Shown: positions 24,440 through 37,399, numbered from the whole stretch's first letter. The stretch: DNA of 63,146 nucleotides, filler included, from Octopus bimaculoides (GCF_001194135.2; 4 parts of 4 records of this genome joined end to end with filler, not necessarily neighbours in it), one strand, 5' to 3'. The notes: generated from the sequence alone by a model not told the origin. Numbers and translations: made by a program.

Positions 24440-24648
24440 GTGAGCTGGCAGAATCGTTAGAACGCCGGGCAAAATGCTTAGCGGCAGTTCGTCTGTCTTT
24501 ACGTTCTGAGTTCAAATTCTGCCGAGGTCAACTTTGCCTTTCGTCCTTTCGGAGTCGATATATTAACTACCAGTTGCGTACTGGGTCGCTCTATTCGACT
24601 GGACTCCTCCCCCAAAATTTCAGGCCTTGTGCCTAGAGTAGAGAAGAA
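24440..24648 (+). mobile_element. SINE-A, full length
   Basis: gagctggcagaatcgttagaacgccgggcaaaatgcttagcgg...gtgcctagagtagagaagaata. Confidence 0.9.
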
Positions 24649-24859
24649 TATAATTTACGCAAACAATACGCTAGATTTTATCTCTTAGTACTTTGTCAAA
24701 TTATGCTGAATAATTTAAAATAAATAATCAGCCAAAACCGATACGAATAGTTTCGATTGGCCAAGACGATGTATGTTTGAACAACAATAAACAAAAAGAA
24801 AGCAAAAACAAAAACACAAAACAGTTCAGAGAATCGTATTTTGCTGTTGGCTGTTTATG

Positions 24860-25130
24860 TGAAGGCGCATAGCCTGGTGGTAAGGGTGTTGCACTCACGT
24901 CCGCGAGATGGTAATTTCAATTCCTGGACCGAGTAGTGGTTGTGTTCTTGAGCAAAACATCTCGTTTCATGTTACTCTGCAATCACTTCAACACATGACG
25001 TTTGGTACACCATGCTCCTGTTCAGGTAACGTCAATTTGATGGACGGAGTTTGCAATACATAACTTTGATCTCCATTAGCAAATCATTCATGTAGGTCGC
25101 TCAGTAAGAAATTGTAGAATCATCCTTCTC
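24860..25130 (+). mobile_element. SINE-B variant (same head and CORE-like start, different 3' part)
   Basis: gtgaaggcgcatagcctggtggtaagggtgttgcactcacg...gttgtgttcttgagcaaaacatc. Confidence 0.7.
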
Positions 25131-25194
25131 GGAATAAGAAAAACCACCACTATCATTAGCTATATGTTATTTACATAACTAATAAATACTATTG

Positions 25195-26005
25195 CCGTGG
25201 GTTGTTCGTCAAATTTATTGCTCTTTTTTACCATTTATTTCAATCCTTATTTTTCATCAACAAATTTTAACAAACCAGTTAATAATATAATATTGATTGC
25301 TCACAACTTCTTGCCAACGCTAGTTTGTCCGAAAAGGTGACGATCTGAAAGCCTTATATCAGGAGAATGCGGTGGGTGCAATAGAACTTCCCAACCGAGC
25401 TTTTGAATAGCGATTTTGGTCAAATTAGCAAAACGTGGGGCAACCGTTGTCATGTTGAAGAAGCATGTTCTGCTGTCGGTCGGGTTGTTTCGGCCTCATC
25501 CATTGAGTGAAAGTGATGGGTAACAGAATCATGTGAGCATAGTATTTTCTTGGTCAGTTTCCGAATAGACTGACGCAGATTTTTATGGATGAGCTCGTTC
25601 AGTCGATCCTCATTGAACGGAACAAGTTGACCGGAACGCAGAAAATGAGGTCGAATTTCTCCTAATTGAAGTGTGAAAACCATTTCTGTGTAGATTTTTC
25701 AGCAATAGTCCCTTCTTTGTACACAGCACAAATGTCTGGAGCGGCTTTGGCAGCTCCAGGCATTTGTCTGCAATCTTGATTGAAAGCAAAGAGAAGCAAA
25801 TATCTAAAGTGCTCACATTTTTCTACTTGACATCATATGCCGGAAAAGAAGTAAAATTTATGGAAATTTCAAAAAACGATAAACAAAAGTTGTAGAGGGA
25901 AAACAGAATTACAAAGAAAAACATAAAACATTAAGGCAAAAATAATTTTCGTGTTTATTCAAATAACATTGGAAAGAAGCGATCCAATTTAGCTGACAAT
26001 CCAAT
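25195..26005 (-). mobile_element. Internally deleted mariner (DD34D-type) element
   Basis: EHFRYLLLFAFNQ...AAKAAPDICAVYKEGTIAEKSTQKWF...FNEDRLNELIHKNLRQS; QHDN...ANLTKIAIQKLGWEVLLHPPHSPDI; degenerate TIR-like ends near 25195 and 26005. Confidence 0.85.
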
Positions 26006-26389
26006 ATTTTGACGAAAAGATAGAGCCCCAAAAGATAGAACTCCAAGTTGTAGTAAGTTTTCTTTAAAGTTTTAAGCAAAGAAAGAAGAGTGGTCGCCCT
26101 TGATTGTTTTGCCGAACGGCCTTGTATGTTAGAGGAATAGTGTATAGAAATCGATGAATATTTTACCCTCAGAGCGGAGATTTGGTCCGAATGCTTCTAA
26201 TATAGTGAGTTCCGTTAGGGAGAAAGAATTAGGTGGTGTTTTAAAATAACGAACGAATTAAGTACACCACTCGAATACAAATATGGTCCATCGGGTTCAC
26301 ATACGAACAGTTTTCGTTTAACAAAATTTCATTTCGTAGACATTGGATACCCCTATTATTCTAGACACTCCTGTCGTAAACGACAGATA

Positions 26390-26665
26390 ACAGTTCCAGA
26401 AATTTTTGCTGAACGACTTGTGCAGTTGACTTGTTGATAATGATCAAATGTTCGTGTTATATATTAGCTGGCTTCCTCCATCACTTTGACATTGCATATG
26501 CAGGTGCACGATGTGCCACATGTCAGATGTCGAAATGATCGCAGAGCCACGTGACGCGAGGTGTTTTGCTCAAGGACACAACGCAGCGCCTGGTTCGATA
26601 ATCGAAACCACGATCTCGCGATCGTGAGTGCAACGTCCTAACCACTAAGCCACGCACTTTCACTT
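26390..26665 (-). mobile_element. SINE-B variant, homologous to 24860-25130
   Basis: Reverse strand: gtgcgtggcttagtggttaggacgttgcactcacgatcgcgagatcgtggtttcgat...gtgtccttgagcaaaacacc. Confidence 0.75.
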
Positions 26666-27105
26666 GACTATAGTAAAAGACGCTTAAACAATGTGCTGCG
26701 CAATAGAATCGAACTCATTATCACGTTGTTACGAAGCACATTTCTTAACAACCACACAACCATATCCGTATCGTTATATTCCTTTATTCCTATACGTGTT
26801 TCGGTCCAAAGGCTGTGGCCATGCTTGAGCACCGCCATTATATTTGTTGATTTTTCAAATGCGTAATATATTTTTGAATTGTCGTCCAATGTATACACAT
26901 AGTATATATTCAGTTATAAATAATTTGTCATATTTTTAATGGAAGTCAGTTTACCGGATGTATTGTGAATCTGCTTGCTTTATTTCCAATTAATTTATAT
27001 GTATAAATTACGGTTTATGCAAATATCATATTTTATCTGTTCATTTATTCATTTCAATGATAAACGGAGAGAAGTTGTTGCAATTCGGAGGGTCACACTG
27101 CCAGT

Positions 27106-27325
27106 TAAAACACTCGCACTGGTTGTATTTCACTTCAGTTTTATTATAAATTAATTAGATAATTAGCTAATTAATTAGCAAACAATTTAATTAATTGATT
27201 AATTGGCATGTTCTTTCGTCACTGCTTTTCAACTTTGACAAAGCAATTAACCAAATAATTAAGTAATTATCTAATTAACTAAGAATATAAAACTGAAGCA
27301 AACCTCAACCAGTGCATGTATTTTA
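27106..27325. repeat. AT-rich inverted repeat / MITE-like, ~80-bp arms
   Basis: taaaacactcgcactggttgtatttcacttcagttttat...ttaattagataatta versus taattatctaattaa...ataaaactgaagcaaacctcaaccagtgcatgtatttta. Confidence 0.75.
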
Positions 27326-27577
27326 TTGATTTTACAATATCTTGCAAAGTATAACAATATCTATTCGAGGTTACCATTTTCTATCTAGAATTTTGAAAAA
27401 TAAATACACACAAAAATTAAACGAACATACTTAATAAGTTTAATTAGCAGATATGAAAATTTTAATGAGATATATTTGAGATTTTATGATTCAGTGAGCT
27501 GACTAATAGCTATTTCACTCACTCATTTAGATTTTACATGTTACAAATTGTACTCATTAATAGCTTGAAAAAAGGTC

Positions 27578-28078
27578 AGCTGGTAAAATCGTTAGCAAAT
27601 CGGACAAATCGCTTAGCGGTATTTCTTGTGACCATGTACGTTCTGGGTTCAAATTCAATCGAGGTAAGCTTTGCATTTTATTCCTTTCGGGGTTCGATGA
27701 AATAAGTACTAGTTAAACACTGGATCGGCATAATCGATAAGCCCATTTCCCCAAATTTCGAGCCATGTGCCTATAGTAGAAAAGGATTAATGGTTTGAAG
27801 AAAGGTAGCGAGCTGGCAGAATCGTTAGCGTGGAGGACAAAGTGCTTAACAATATTTATTCTGGCTCCTTATGTTCTGTGTCCAAATTCCACTGAGGTTT
27901 ACTTTGCCCTATATATTTTCGGGGTCGATAAAATAAGTACTAGTTCAACACAGGGAGTGGTGTTATCGACTTATCCACTTCTTCAAAATTATTGGCCTTG
28001 TGCCAAAATTTGAAATCATTAATGGCTTCCAATTGGCAGAATCGTTAGCGCGCCAGATCAAATGGTGTGCAGCATTTC
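27578..28078 (+). mobile_element. Three head-to-tail SINE-A copies, the third truncated
   Basis: Heads at about 27578, 27803 and 28030. Confidence 0.8.
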
Positions 28079-28084
28079 TACATA

Positions 28085-28503
28085 TATGTATGTGTGCGCA
28101 TATGTTTGTTCCCCAATATCGCCTCACAACCGATATTGGTGTGTTTAGGTCTCCGTAACTTAGCGGTTCGGCAAAAAGAAATCGATAGAATAAGTACTAG
28201 GCTCACAAAGAATAAATCCTGAGGTAGATTTGTTCGAGTAAAGGTGGTTCTCCAGCATGGCCGTAGCCAAATGACTGAAACAAGTAAAAGAGTATACATA
28301 CATGTATGTGTGTGCATATATATATATATATATATACATATACGACGAGCTTCTTTCAGTTTCCGCCTACTAAATCCACTCACAAGGCTTTGGTCGGCCT
28401 GAGACTATAGTAAAAAACATTTTCCCATGGTGCCACGCAGTGGGACCGAGCCCGGAATCATGTGGTTGGGAAGCAAGCTTCTTACCACACAGTCACTCCT
28501 GTG
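28085..28503 (-). mobile_element. SINE-C with short internal (TA)n
   Basis: cgacgagcttctttcagtttccgcctac...gccacgcagtgggaccgagcccggaatcatgtgg...cttaccacacagtcac. Confidence 0.8.
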
Positions 28504-28594
28504 CTTATGGGTATTTATTATTTTTTTAGTACTTTAACAGTACTGAATCATTTGAAATTAATAAATCAGACCCAAGAAGACAACCACGTTTCAC

Positions 28595-28694
28595 NNNNNN
28601 NNNNNNNNNNNNNNNNNNNNNNNNNNNNNNNNNNNNNNTTAATTAATTAANNNNNNNNNNNNNNNNNNNNNNNNNNNNNNNNNNNNNNNNNNNN
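28595..28694. other. Artificial scaffold-join linker N44-TTAATTAATTAA-N44
   Basis: Exactly 100 bp; same layout at 43540 and 60868. Confidence 0.95.
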
Positions 28695-28751
<57 letters not shown>

Positions 28752-29047
28752 TGGCTTTATGTGTAACAAGTGAGTATGCACGCTGCCTATTTATTAGATT
28801 GAATTAATATTTCCTTTTTATTATTCATATTCCGTTTTTGCTTTTTGTTTGTTCTTTATTTTCAAATTTTTACTTCACCACTTTTCCACCATTTTAGCTA
28901 TCTCTGCTTTCTCAGTTTTCCTATACTATTTATTCTTTATTATTTTGTTGTAAGTCTTAACATACAATGGTATATATTTTCTTTCACTTGATAGATAGAT
29001 AGATATAAAAAATAATAAAAGTAGTAATAATAATAATAATGATTTCA

Positions 29048-29083
<36 letters not shown>

Positions 29084-29291
29084 TTAATTTATATAAATAA
29101 GTAAATGGCTCAAATCTATGACATATAATCAATAACTTGCCAGAACTGTACGGCTAAAAGTGTTAAGTTTGTTCCATATATGCAAGACGGTTGAGATCCA
29201 AGTAAATATTGCATTTTTGTGTTAAAATCTTCAGTTAAGCTTCGTTCAAGTCTTGCAGGCGTCTGTCACACAAACACATGTGTTTGCCTAC

Positions 29292-29337
<46 letters not shown>

Positions 29338-29988
29338 ACATATATACATATATAAATATATATGTGTGTGTGTATGTACATACATACACACATGTATATA
29401 TATAAATACATAAATATATATACAATATGTATGTATGTATGTATGTATGTATAAGCGATAAGCCATAATGGTGACAAGACAGAAACAAACACAACTTTGC
29501 TTTTACTTCCCAATATCTTAGCTTTTGATGGTAATGCTGTTAGTGATGTTTAGTGGTGGCAGCGACCGCGGTGGTCGAGGTGATGTTCTTGATGCTATGG
29601 TTGGTGAGGAACTGATGATGGTATAATAATGTTGTTAATGGTGGCGGTGGGGATAATGGTGGTTGTGGTTGTGATGACATTGAGGCTGTTTATGGTGGTG
29701 TTGGTGGTGGTGGTGGTGGTGGTGGTGGTGTAGCTGTTATTGCTGTTGCTGCATTTACTGCTGCTGCGGTTGCTGCAGTTGCTTTAGCTATAATTGCTTT
29801 CGTTCCGGCTGTGCTGTAATTAACTTTGCTGCTTCATTTACAGTTGATTCTGTTGTTTTAATCTCATTAGATTGGCAGTACCGTTTGAACGTCGGACAAA
29901 ATATCTAGTTAACTCCTTTTACATTCAGATTTCAAATCCTGCGTTGTCAAATTTACAATTTGTCTTCCTGAATTCGGCAAAATAATTA

Positions 29989-30205
29989 CAAGGGTATGCT
30001 GAAAACTTTCTGGCTTTGGGCAAATGAAAACATAGGAAGATCAGTTAATTATGATTTTATTCAACATATTACCCTCTAGCTTCACATACTTATTGCAGTG
30101 GTTCTTCGGTTTTTCTAAGCCCTGTGAAAGAACCCGGAATGTTGGGCCTCCAGCCAGGCCTTTCGCGATACCTTTAAAGCCAGGAACTTTTCAGCACAGC
30201 TTCAT
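29989..30205. mobile_element. Mariner-type MITE, copy 2
   Basis: TA-caagggtatgctgaaaactttctggcttt ... aaagccaggaacttttcagcacagcttcat. Confidence 0.75.
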
Positions 30206-31367
30206 CAGTGAAGTACTGGAGGTGAGATAATTGATTATTTGATCAACTTCTATTTGATCAACTTCTACTTCCAACTTTCTTTCACATTATCTTTTCCGCC
30301 ATCTTTCGCAGGTTGCTCTTCCATCCAATTCGTAGTTCACCTCTGCCTTTTTTACCGAGTGTTTGTCTATGTTTGTCAAGTGATTATACTCTGCTCACCA
30401 AAATATCCTTGCAGCTCTTCTAAATTTCAAGCTTGTATATCATACTAACTTTCTGTTGTAAACATTCTGTCGTTGCTTTTTAAATGTCGATTTTTACTCA
30501 GAAATAATGGTTTTGACTTTAAGCTTTAACAATTAATTACATATAAATTATAATGATTGCAATAACGCTTTATTAGTCTGTCTTTCTTTCAATAAGATTG
30601 TTATTTGTCTTATCACTAGTCGCGTAGTGAATAAAAATACGATTCTCCTTATTTCATAATGTGTCCCAGTTCGAATCCAATGTGGTACTAAGTACATGAT
30701 TTAAGATCAAAACGTAGTGTAGATGTAATCATTGTACGTTGCGCATGTAATCATTCGAAAGACCAAAACTCATCATTTCTAAGGCTAAATTTTATTAATA
30801 TATATGCACAGGCACATATGCATAAATAGATAAACAGACAGGCAAGCAGGCAGACAAATAGATAGACAGACAGATACATACATACATCTCTACGTCATAA
30901 TAAATGTATATACGCAGTTGAAAGGCATGATGCGAGTGACATACGAGACCACTGCATTGACAAGCCAGAAGAAAGACTAAATGCGTCTGACGTTCTTGTG
31001 ATTCACTGCTGCGACAATGTTCGCGTCGCTCCGATATATATTGTTTTTAACACAACGTGACAATTAAGTGATCTTCACAGACATAAAATACAGCATCCCG
31101 CCTTTCAAAGGTGTATTTATATTTAGCATGATACACAGACGGCGATTTTAATTAAATGCTGTTTCTATTACATTCACTGAACTTTTTACAGCTCGACAAG
31201 CTTTTCACAATATCAGTGAATGTATTATTCGTTGTCTCCTGCATATCGAAGTATGAATGTCAAGTGGATGACAAACGGGTGTGCATCACTGACAAGCCCA
31301 AAAAGGCAAAGTGCCTCTGTCGTTTCACACACGTGCTCACACACACACACACACACACACCCGTGCT

Positions 31368-31399
<32 letters not shown>

Positions 31400-33119
31400 T
31401 ACATACATACATTCGCTGATCAACAAAACTTGTGATCAAAATCATCCCATCCATGATTATTCCATCTTATTTTAGCGTGGACTACATTATCCAATATATC
31501 CTCTCGTGTGAGTAAATTTTGGCTGCTATCTATAGCAGGTCAAGAGACTATGTAGGTGTTCCTTTGTTCGGTAGCGCGATCGGTAGAATATCAATCTCAT
31601 AATCTATCACTTAGTACTGTTGTCGTTATTGTTATTGTTATTATTATTTGTGTTCTTATTTTACATCTGGTTTTGTTTTGGTTTTAATTTCATTATTTTT
31701 TACTAATTTATTATAGAAATAGATGACTTGGAAAACAAAGTTGTTGTTGTTGTTGTAGTTCTTCTTCTTCTTCTTCTTCTTCTTGTACTATACTACTGCC
31801 TCAACTACCACTACCATCACCAGCTCTTGTTATTTTTGTTGTTGGTCATGCATGTTGTTATTTTATCGGTTGATTTCGAGGAGGATAAGTCAGAGGAAAA
31901 AAGAAATAGATTTCTCTACCGAATTTGTTGTTGTTGTTACAGCTGTTACTATTTGATTTTGCAAAAATTTTTTCCGGCATTATTTTTATTATTATCATTT
32001 ATTTGTTCATTCATTTATTTATTTATTTATTTATTATAGAAGCTTCTAGAAATAATATTTTCCATTCGTTACAAGAATATATTTATTTAGTTCTTTACAT
32101 CATTTTTATTAATTCTATTTTAGTTTGTCTTACGTGAAAAAAAAAAGTAATTTTCTTCACATTTATTAAACTATTTCTTTTTCTATGTATACTTGTTGTA
32201 TCTCGATTTTTATGTGGTTTTAAAATTTTTACGTATGCATGCATGCGTGTGTGTGTCTGTGCATACGCGTGTGTGTGCGTACGTTCCAAACAGAGTTGGT
32301 GTCTGGAGTCATGATGAGAAGAACATATTCACACACGAAGTGATATCCGCGAAGGAAATACTGTAAATACGTTATATTGCTAAGAGACCTTCAGAAAATA
32401 ATTCATTGAATCATAACCTGAAATGGATTCGATGTTGATATTGATATATTTACACTTCGATTTTCATCGATATTTGTATTGATAGCTTTCATCAGCCAAC
32501 TTAAACATTTATCATTTCATTCCAACTTCCGTCTGCTTATTTCCCTTATTTTTTTTTCTCATTTTTTAAAATTTTTATCCCTGGCTGTTTACTGGAAGGT
32601 GTCATTGTCTACTTAAGCTCTACACCATTTTCTAGAGTCTGAAACTTGGTGGTAGTTGTAATATCACGGTAATCTATAATCATGACGTCATAGAGTATTG
32701 CATAGTAATAGTCGGGGGATAGGGGCTATGAGAGGCGAATACAGGGATCACATCGTATTCTAACTGTGGTATTTCCTGGGATCAGAGAAAATGTTTGCTC
32801 TCATTAAAAACTAACCTATACAGAAAATAGGGGGACAGCAAACGAGAACGTTGCACCCGCTAATAAAAATCCTCTCAGGGCCCCTGAATGCAGTTTGTTG
32901 TTGTATAAACTACACAGTTGTCTTATTGTGAGCTATAGTAAGCTGTTGCTTTTCTTGCTGCTGTTGAGAAGTCCAGGTCAGCACTGAACAAACAAACATA
33001 TTGTCAAATGAGGCTATAACAACCACAATTCCATCTGTGACAAACTTCTCTTTTATTTTGGCATAGTGCATCCAGGGCCACACAGTCCAATATTACCCTT
33101 TCCACTATTATCATTGTTG

Positions 33120-33182
33120 CTGTTATTGTTATGATTATTATTATTACTATTATTATTATTATTATTACTATTATTATTATTA

Positions 33183-33244
<62 letters not shown>

Positions 33245-33460
33245 TTCATATACACACAACAGATTAAACCGTTGGAAAAGAAAAAGACATACCATCGGGC
33301 CACAAGTAACCTTAGATGCCAAGAACCCTCCTAAGTATCCTAGCTGTCCGCCAGTTCTTCTGTCTAGCTTTGCTAATTCAGTTTTTGTCCAATCTACAAG
33401 AGTTACTGAGTATCTAAGTAATGGTTCGGTATATTAGACGCACGTTGGGATTGTGTAGGA
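33120..33460 (-). mobile_element. R4/Dong-clade LINE remnant with (TAA)n tail
   Basis: Minus strand LRYSVTLVDWTKTELAKLDRRT joined to GTARILRRVLGI*, short 3' UTR, then (AAT)n at 33120-33245. Confidence 0.75.
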
Positions 33461-33535
33461 GTAGCTGATAGAAGCAGAGGGGTGCTTTACTGTTGTCTGG
33501 TTATTTTATTTATTGTACATAACAAATTATGTTAC

Positions 33536-34879
33536 AACACACTGAAACCTCGGGTGGAGGTGGTGAATGCGTGCATCACGTCCGTCATCTACTACCGCCT
33601 GACTCTCGTGCCTTTCCGCCGTTCGCGCCTCACAAAGTTGGAGCGCCTTCTCTTCAAATTTTTGTGGAGGGGACAGGTTCCATTGGTGAGACGGTCCATC
33701 TGCTGCTAGCACCTTCTACGCAAAGGGCTGGGCATGCCGTGATTAATGATGCGTAGACATGCGCTGAGGCTGCGGCATCTTCAGATATTCTGCTTAAACG
33801 GTGAACAAAATGGTCACTGTTTGTCAAACGGACCTTTCCGAAGCTCGTCTCCTTGACTGAGCTGCAGTCCTGCATCAAGAAGCGACCAAGACAGGGTGAC
33901 TGGCATCTCGAATGCCGCCAGGCACTCACTGCCCTCTGCTAGGCGGGAAACGCGCTCAGTGGAACATCCACTCTCGAGTTCTATAGAAGGTTAATAGTGG
34001 GAAAGTGCGGTGACACACTCGGAAAGGCTCTGGGCGTCAGCGAAATCGAACTAACCAGTCTGTTCCGCAGGACTTTCGAGCTGGGGACGATGGATAACTT
34101 TCATAAATCCCTCGCATGGCACTGCTACCGGGGGACACTGTCGGTTCAATATAAACTCTACAGGCACGGAAGTGCTGTCAGACGGACCTGCCCGAGATGC
34201 GTGCAGAGCGACGAAACTGTCCTACACGCACTCGTTCAGTGTCCGTACATTACGGAATTGTGGGGTTATGTCGAACGGTTGTTGTCGCGTGCAGGACGGA
34301 TCCGGCTATCGGCCAAGAGCATAGTGAAGGTCGACCCTCCGCCTTCCTTTGGCTAGGAAGGGCAGGCAATTTTCCTATCTGGTGGCAGTAGAGAAAGAGG
34401 TTGTGTGGTGGACCAGGTTGAAAGAACTGAAGACAGACACTTTTCTCTTCAGCCAATCCCTCATCGACTTTTTCAAATTTCATTTGAAAAGGAAGATGAG
34501 GGTGGAGAGAGAAGTGATGCCCCTCTCTCAGTACATTTGCTGAAAGGTGGGTGAATGTAGCGAAAATGACTCGTGTGAGTGGACCTACTCTAAAAATGCG
34601 CCTGTGGGCTAGTGAATTTGAGGAGGAGAGAGGTACTCTTCTCAAGTACCCACGAAGCGTCGAGTGGTTCAGGATTGCTTGGGTACCAGTCAACCCTGGG
34701 TGATTATCCCCCCGGATGTGAAATTTTCATTGTTATATTCTTCTTGTTCAATGTTTATTGTTACTGTTTTCCTAATTGTTTACTCGTTGTTTTATGTAAA
34801 ACAAACCCACTGACCCCGTCTACTATATTGTCCCCTATATGTCGGCGCTGGTGGCCAATAAATGATATTATTATTATTA

Positions 34880-34912
<33 letters not shown>

Positions 34913-34915
34913 NNN
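33536..34915 (+). mobile_element. 5'-truncated Tx1/L1-clade LINE with C-terminal zinc finger and (ATT)n tail
   Basis: RLTKLERLLFKFLWRG...GLGMP; CPRCVQSDETVLHALVQC; aataaa at about 34857 then ATT repeats; several stops and frameshifts. Confidence 0.85.
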
Positions 34916-34922
34916 NNNNNNN

Positions 34923-34969
<47 letters not shown>

Positions 34970-35340
34970 GGGTTCCAACCCGGGCCGCAGCAAGAAAGTC
35001 CACCCACCACATTTCTCGGTCCATCATCACTGCCTCGAGGTCCGGTATACATTCCAGGCCAGTGTCTGCAATCAAGATATTGATATAAGTATGACGACGT
35101 TTTCCTCTTCTTAAATCACCATGAGGTGTGTTCCACAAGAGTAATCTGGGTGCTTCCAGTTCAGGGTGGTGCACGCATTGACCAGATACTTGCAGCTGTC
35201 TTTGCCTGATCTTCTCGCTAACTTTCGGGAAATTTCCATAAAAGTATTCATTTGTCATATGTTACTGTCACTTTACATTTAGGGTCATTTGTAGCAACCT
35301 TGTATAGCATCCATTTAACCTGTTTGATAATTTCTTTATC
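34923..35340 (-). mobile_element. RTE/RTEX-type LINE 3' end with (TAA)n tail
   Basis: YGNFPKVSEKIRQRQLQVSGQCVHHPELEAPRLLLWNTPHGDLRRGKRRHTYINILIADTGLE...MMDREMW, stop runs into TAA repeats. Confidence 0.8.
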
Positions 35341-35974
35341 AGAGTCCATGTTTCACTGCCCTATAATAGCACTGATTCGACAGTTGCAATGAACAGCTTG
35401 ATTTCCCATTTAAAGACATTACTGGTGGTGGGGAGGTAAACTCTTACCTAACAGGTATCTAGCAACGAAAACAGCAATAATTTACCTTTTGACATAAACT
35501 TCTGTGCTCGTTTGACCTTCTAGAAATAGCAGTCAACTTTCCCTCAAATAAAACACACAAAAAGAGAAGCTAATATGAGCCAAACTCTAGAGAATTGAAA
35601 ATAGAGTGAACAGTTTAAACCCTATTATATGTTATCCACATCTAAACTAATTCTGCAGTTTCTTCAGAGTAATGTTATCATCAGAAACAAGACAGAGTTT
35701 ATGCCTTTATTATAACTACTACAGACTGCTGATCCCTCTTTCAAGCTATGTTCAGTGTTTCGCCATGTCACTTCATTGAATTTTTCGTAAACCTTAATAT
35801 TTCAGATACTAAACTAGAGTGAGTGAACACTCAGAATCAGCTGCGTCATTATATTACACTGACAACCAAAAATGTAAAATAAAGTTCACAGCTCGGAACG
35901 TAATCTTTTTATTCGACATTTGGCAGTCTAAGAAACAAATTCGTTCGATTTAGTTCCCCATAATATCAGTTCCA

Positions 35975-36170
35975 CATGTTGGCACAATGCCGGCAGCTTT
36001 GTGTGAGGTGATAAGTCGACTACATCGACCCCAGTGCTCAAATGATACTTATTTTATCGACCCCGAAAGGATGAAAGTCGATCTCAACAGAATTTGAACT
36101 CAGGGCATAGCGACGATGAAATGCTGCTAAACATTTTGCCCGGCGTACTAACGATTCTGCCAGCTCGATA
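35975..36170 (-). mobile_element. SINE-A
   Basis: Match to the family consensus. Confidence 0.85.
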
Positions 36171-36379
36171 CTTTTTAGTTCTCCATAATATCGTCTGAAG
36201 ATCTGCGACGAAATATAAGCTAGAAGTATTTCAAACAACAAAAAAACTTCATATTTTATATTGTTCCTTCGTTGTTCTATCGTAGTCTTTTAAGTATCCA
36301 TCATTTATTTTTGTAGTATTTTACCCACAGATGACAGATCCCTCTAGATTATACTCCTTTGCCCTTTAACCACACATAT

Positions 36380-36750
36380 TCTTTTATTCTTTTACTTTTT
36401 TCAGCCATTTTGACTATGGCCATGCTGGAGCACAGCCCTTTTTTTAGTCGAAGAAATCGACCTATGGAATTATTCTTTGTAAGCCTGGTATTTATTCTAT
36501 CGGTCTCTTTTTGCCGAACCGCTAAGTTACGTGGACGTAAACACACCAACATCGGTTGTCAGGCGATGGTGGGGGACAAACACACAAATATATATATATA
36601 TATATACAACAGGATTCTTTCAGTTTCTGTCTACCATATCCACCCACAAGGCTTTGGTCAGCCCGAGGCTTATAGTAAGTGTCACTCAGTGGGACTGAAC
36701 CCGGAACCATATGGTTGGGAAGCAAGCTTCTTACCACACAGCCACGCCTG
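36380..36750 (-). mobile_element. Full-length SINE-C with internal (TA)n
   Basis: Both arms intact, TA run at about 36588-36606. Confidence 0.9.
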
Positions 36751-37365
36751 CGCCTGCCACGTACAAGCTGTTTTGCGATCTATCCAGCCTGCCTCCTTTC
36801 GACTGTTTAAATATCGTTCACTTTCTTCTCACATAATGTCACATTTCAGCTGATTGCAAAGCTCGACCGTAAAGCATTAGCTTCTGACGTAGCTACCACT
36901 TATCAGAGTTTCAACATCAGGATTCATTTAAACACTGAACTACTAATTCTCTACACAATTTCCTTTAGCACAGCCCTTCTAATGAACTAGATAATAATCA
37001 CATTATACATTCAACATCAAAGACAAATATCGGGCAACATTGTTGAACCCTTAAGGTTATCTTGAAATGTTGAATCCTTCCGTTGCACCTATAAGTTCCC
37101 TTTATTGTTGTCATGATTGCTTTGTTGTAAGTTGCAATTTGCCTTTAACTTAATAATTGTCCTTATAATATAACAACTGTCTGCAGGCGGGAGTTAAGCA
37201 GTTATTTCCACAAATGTATTAAATTAAAGGAAAACTGCAGTTGACGAAAACACAAACTAAAGATACAGAAACATTTGTAGAAGAAAAATCCTGGATTCGT
37301 ATGCATGCCAACTATTCTAAGATTGTTTAGAACTATTTTTATGTATTTGCACGTCCATACATACA

Positions 37366-37399
<34 letters not shown>

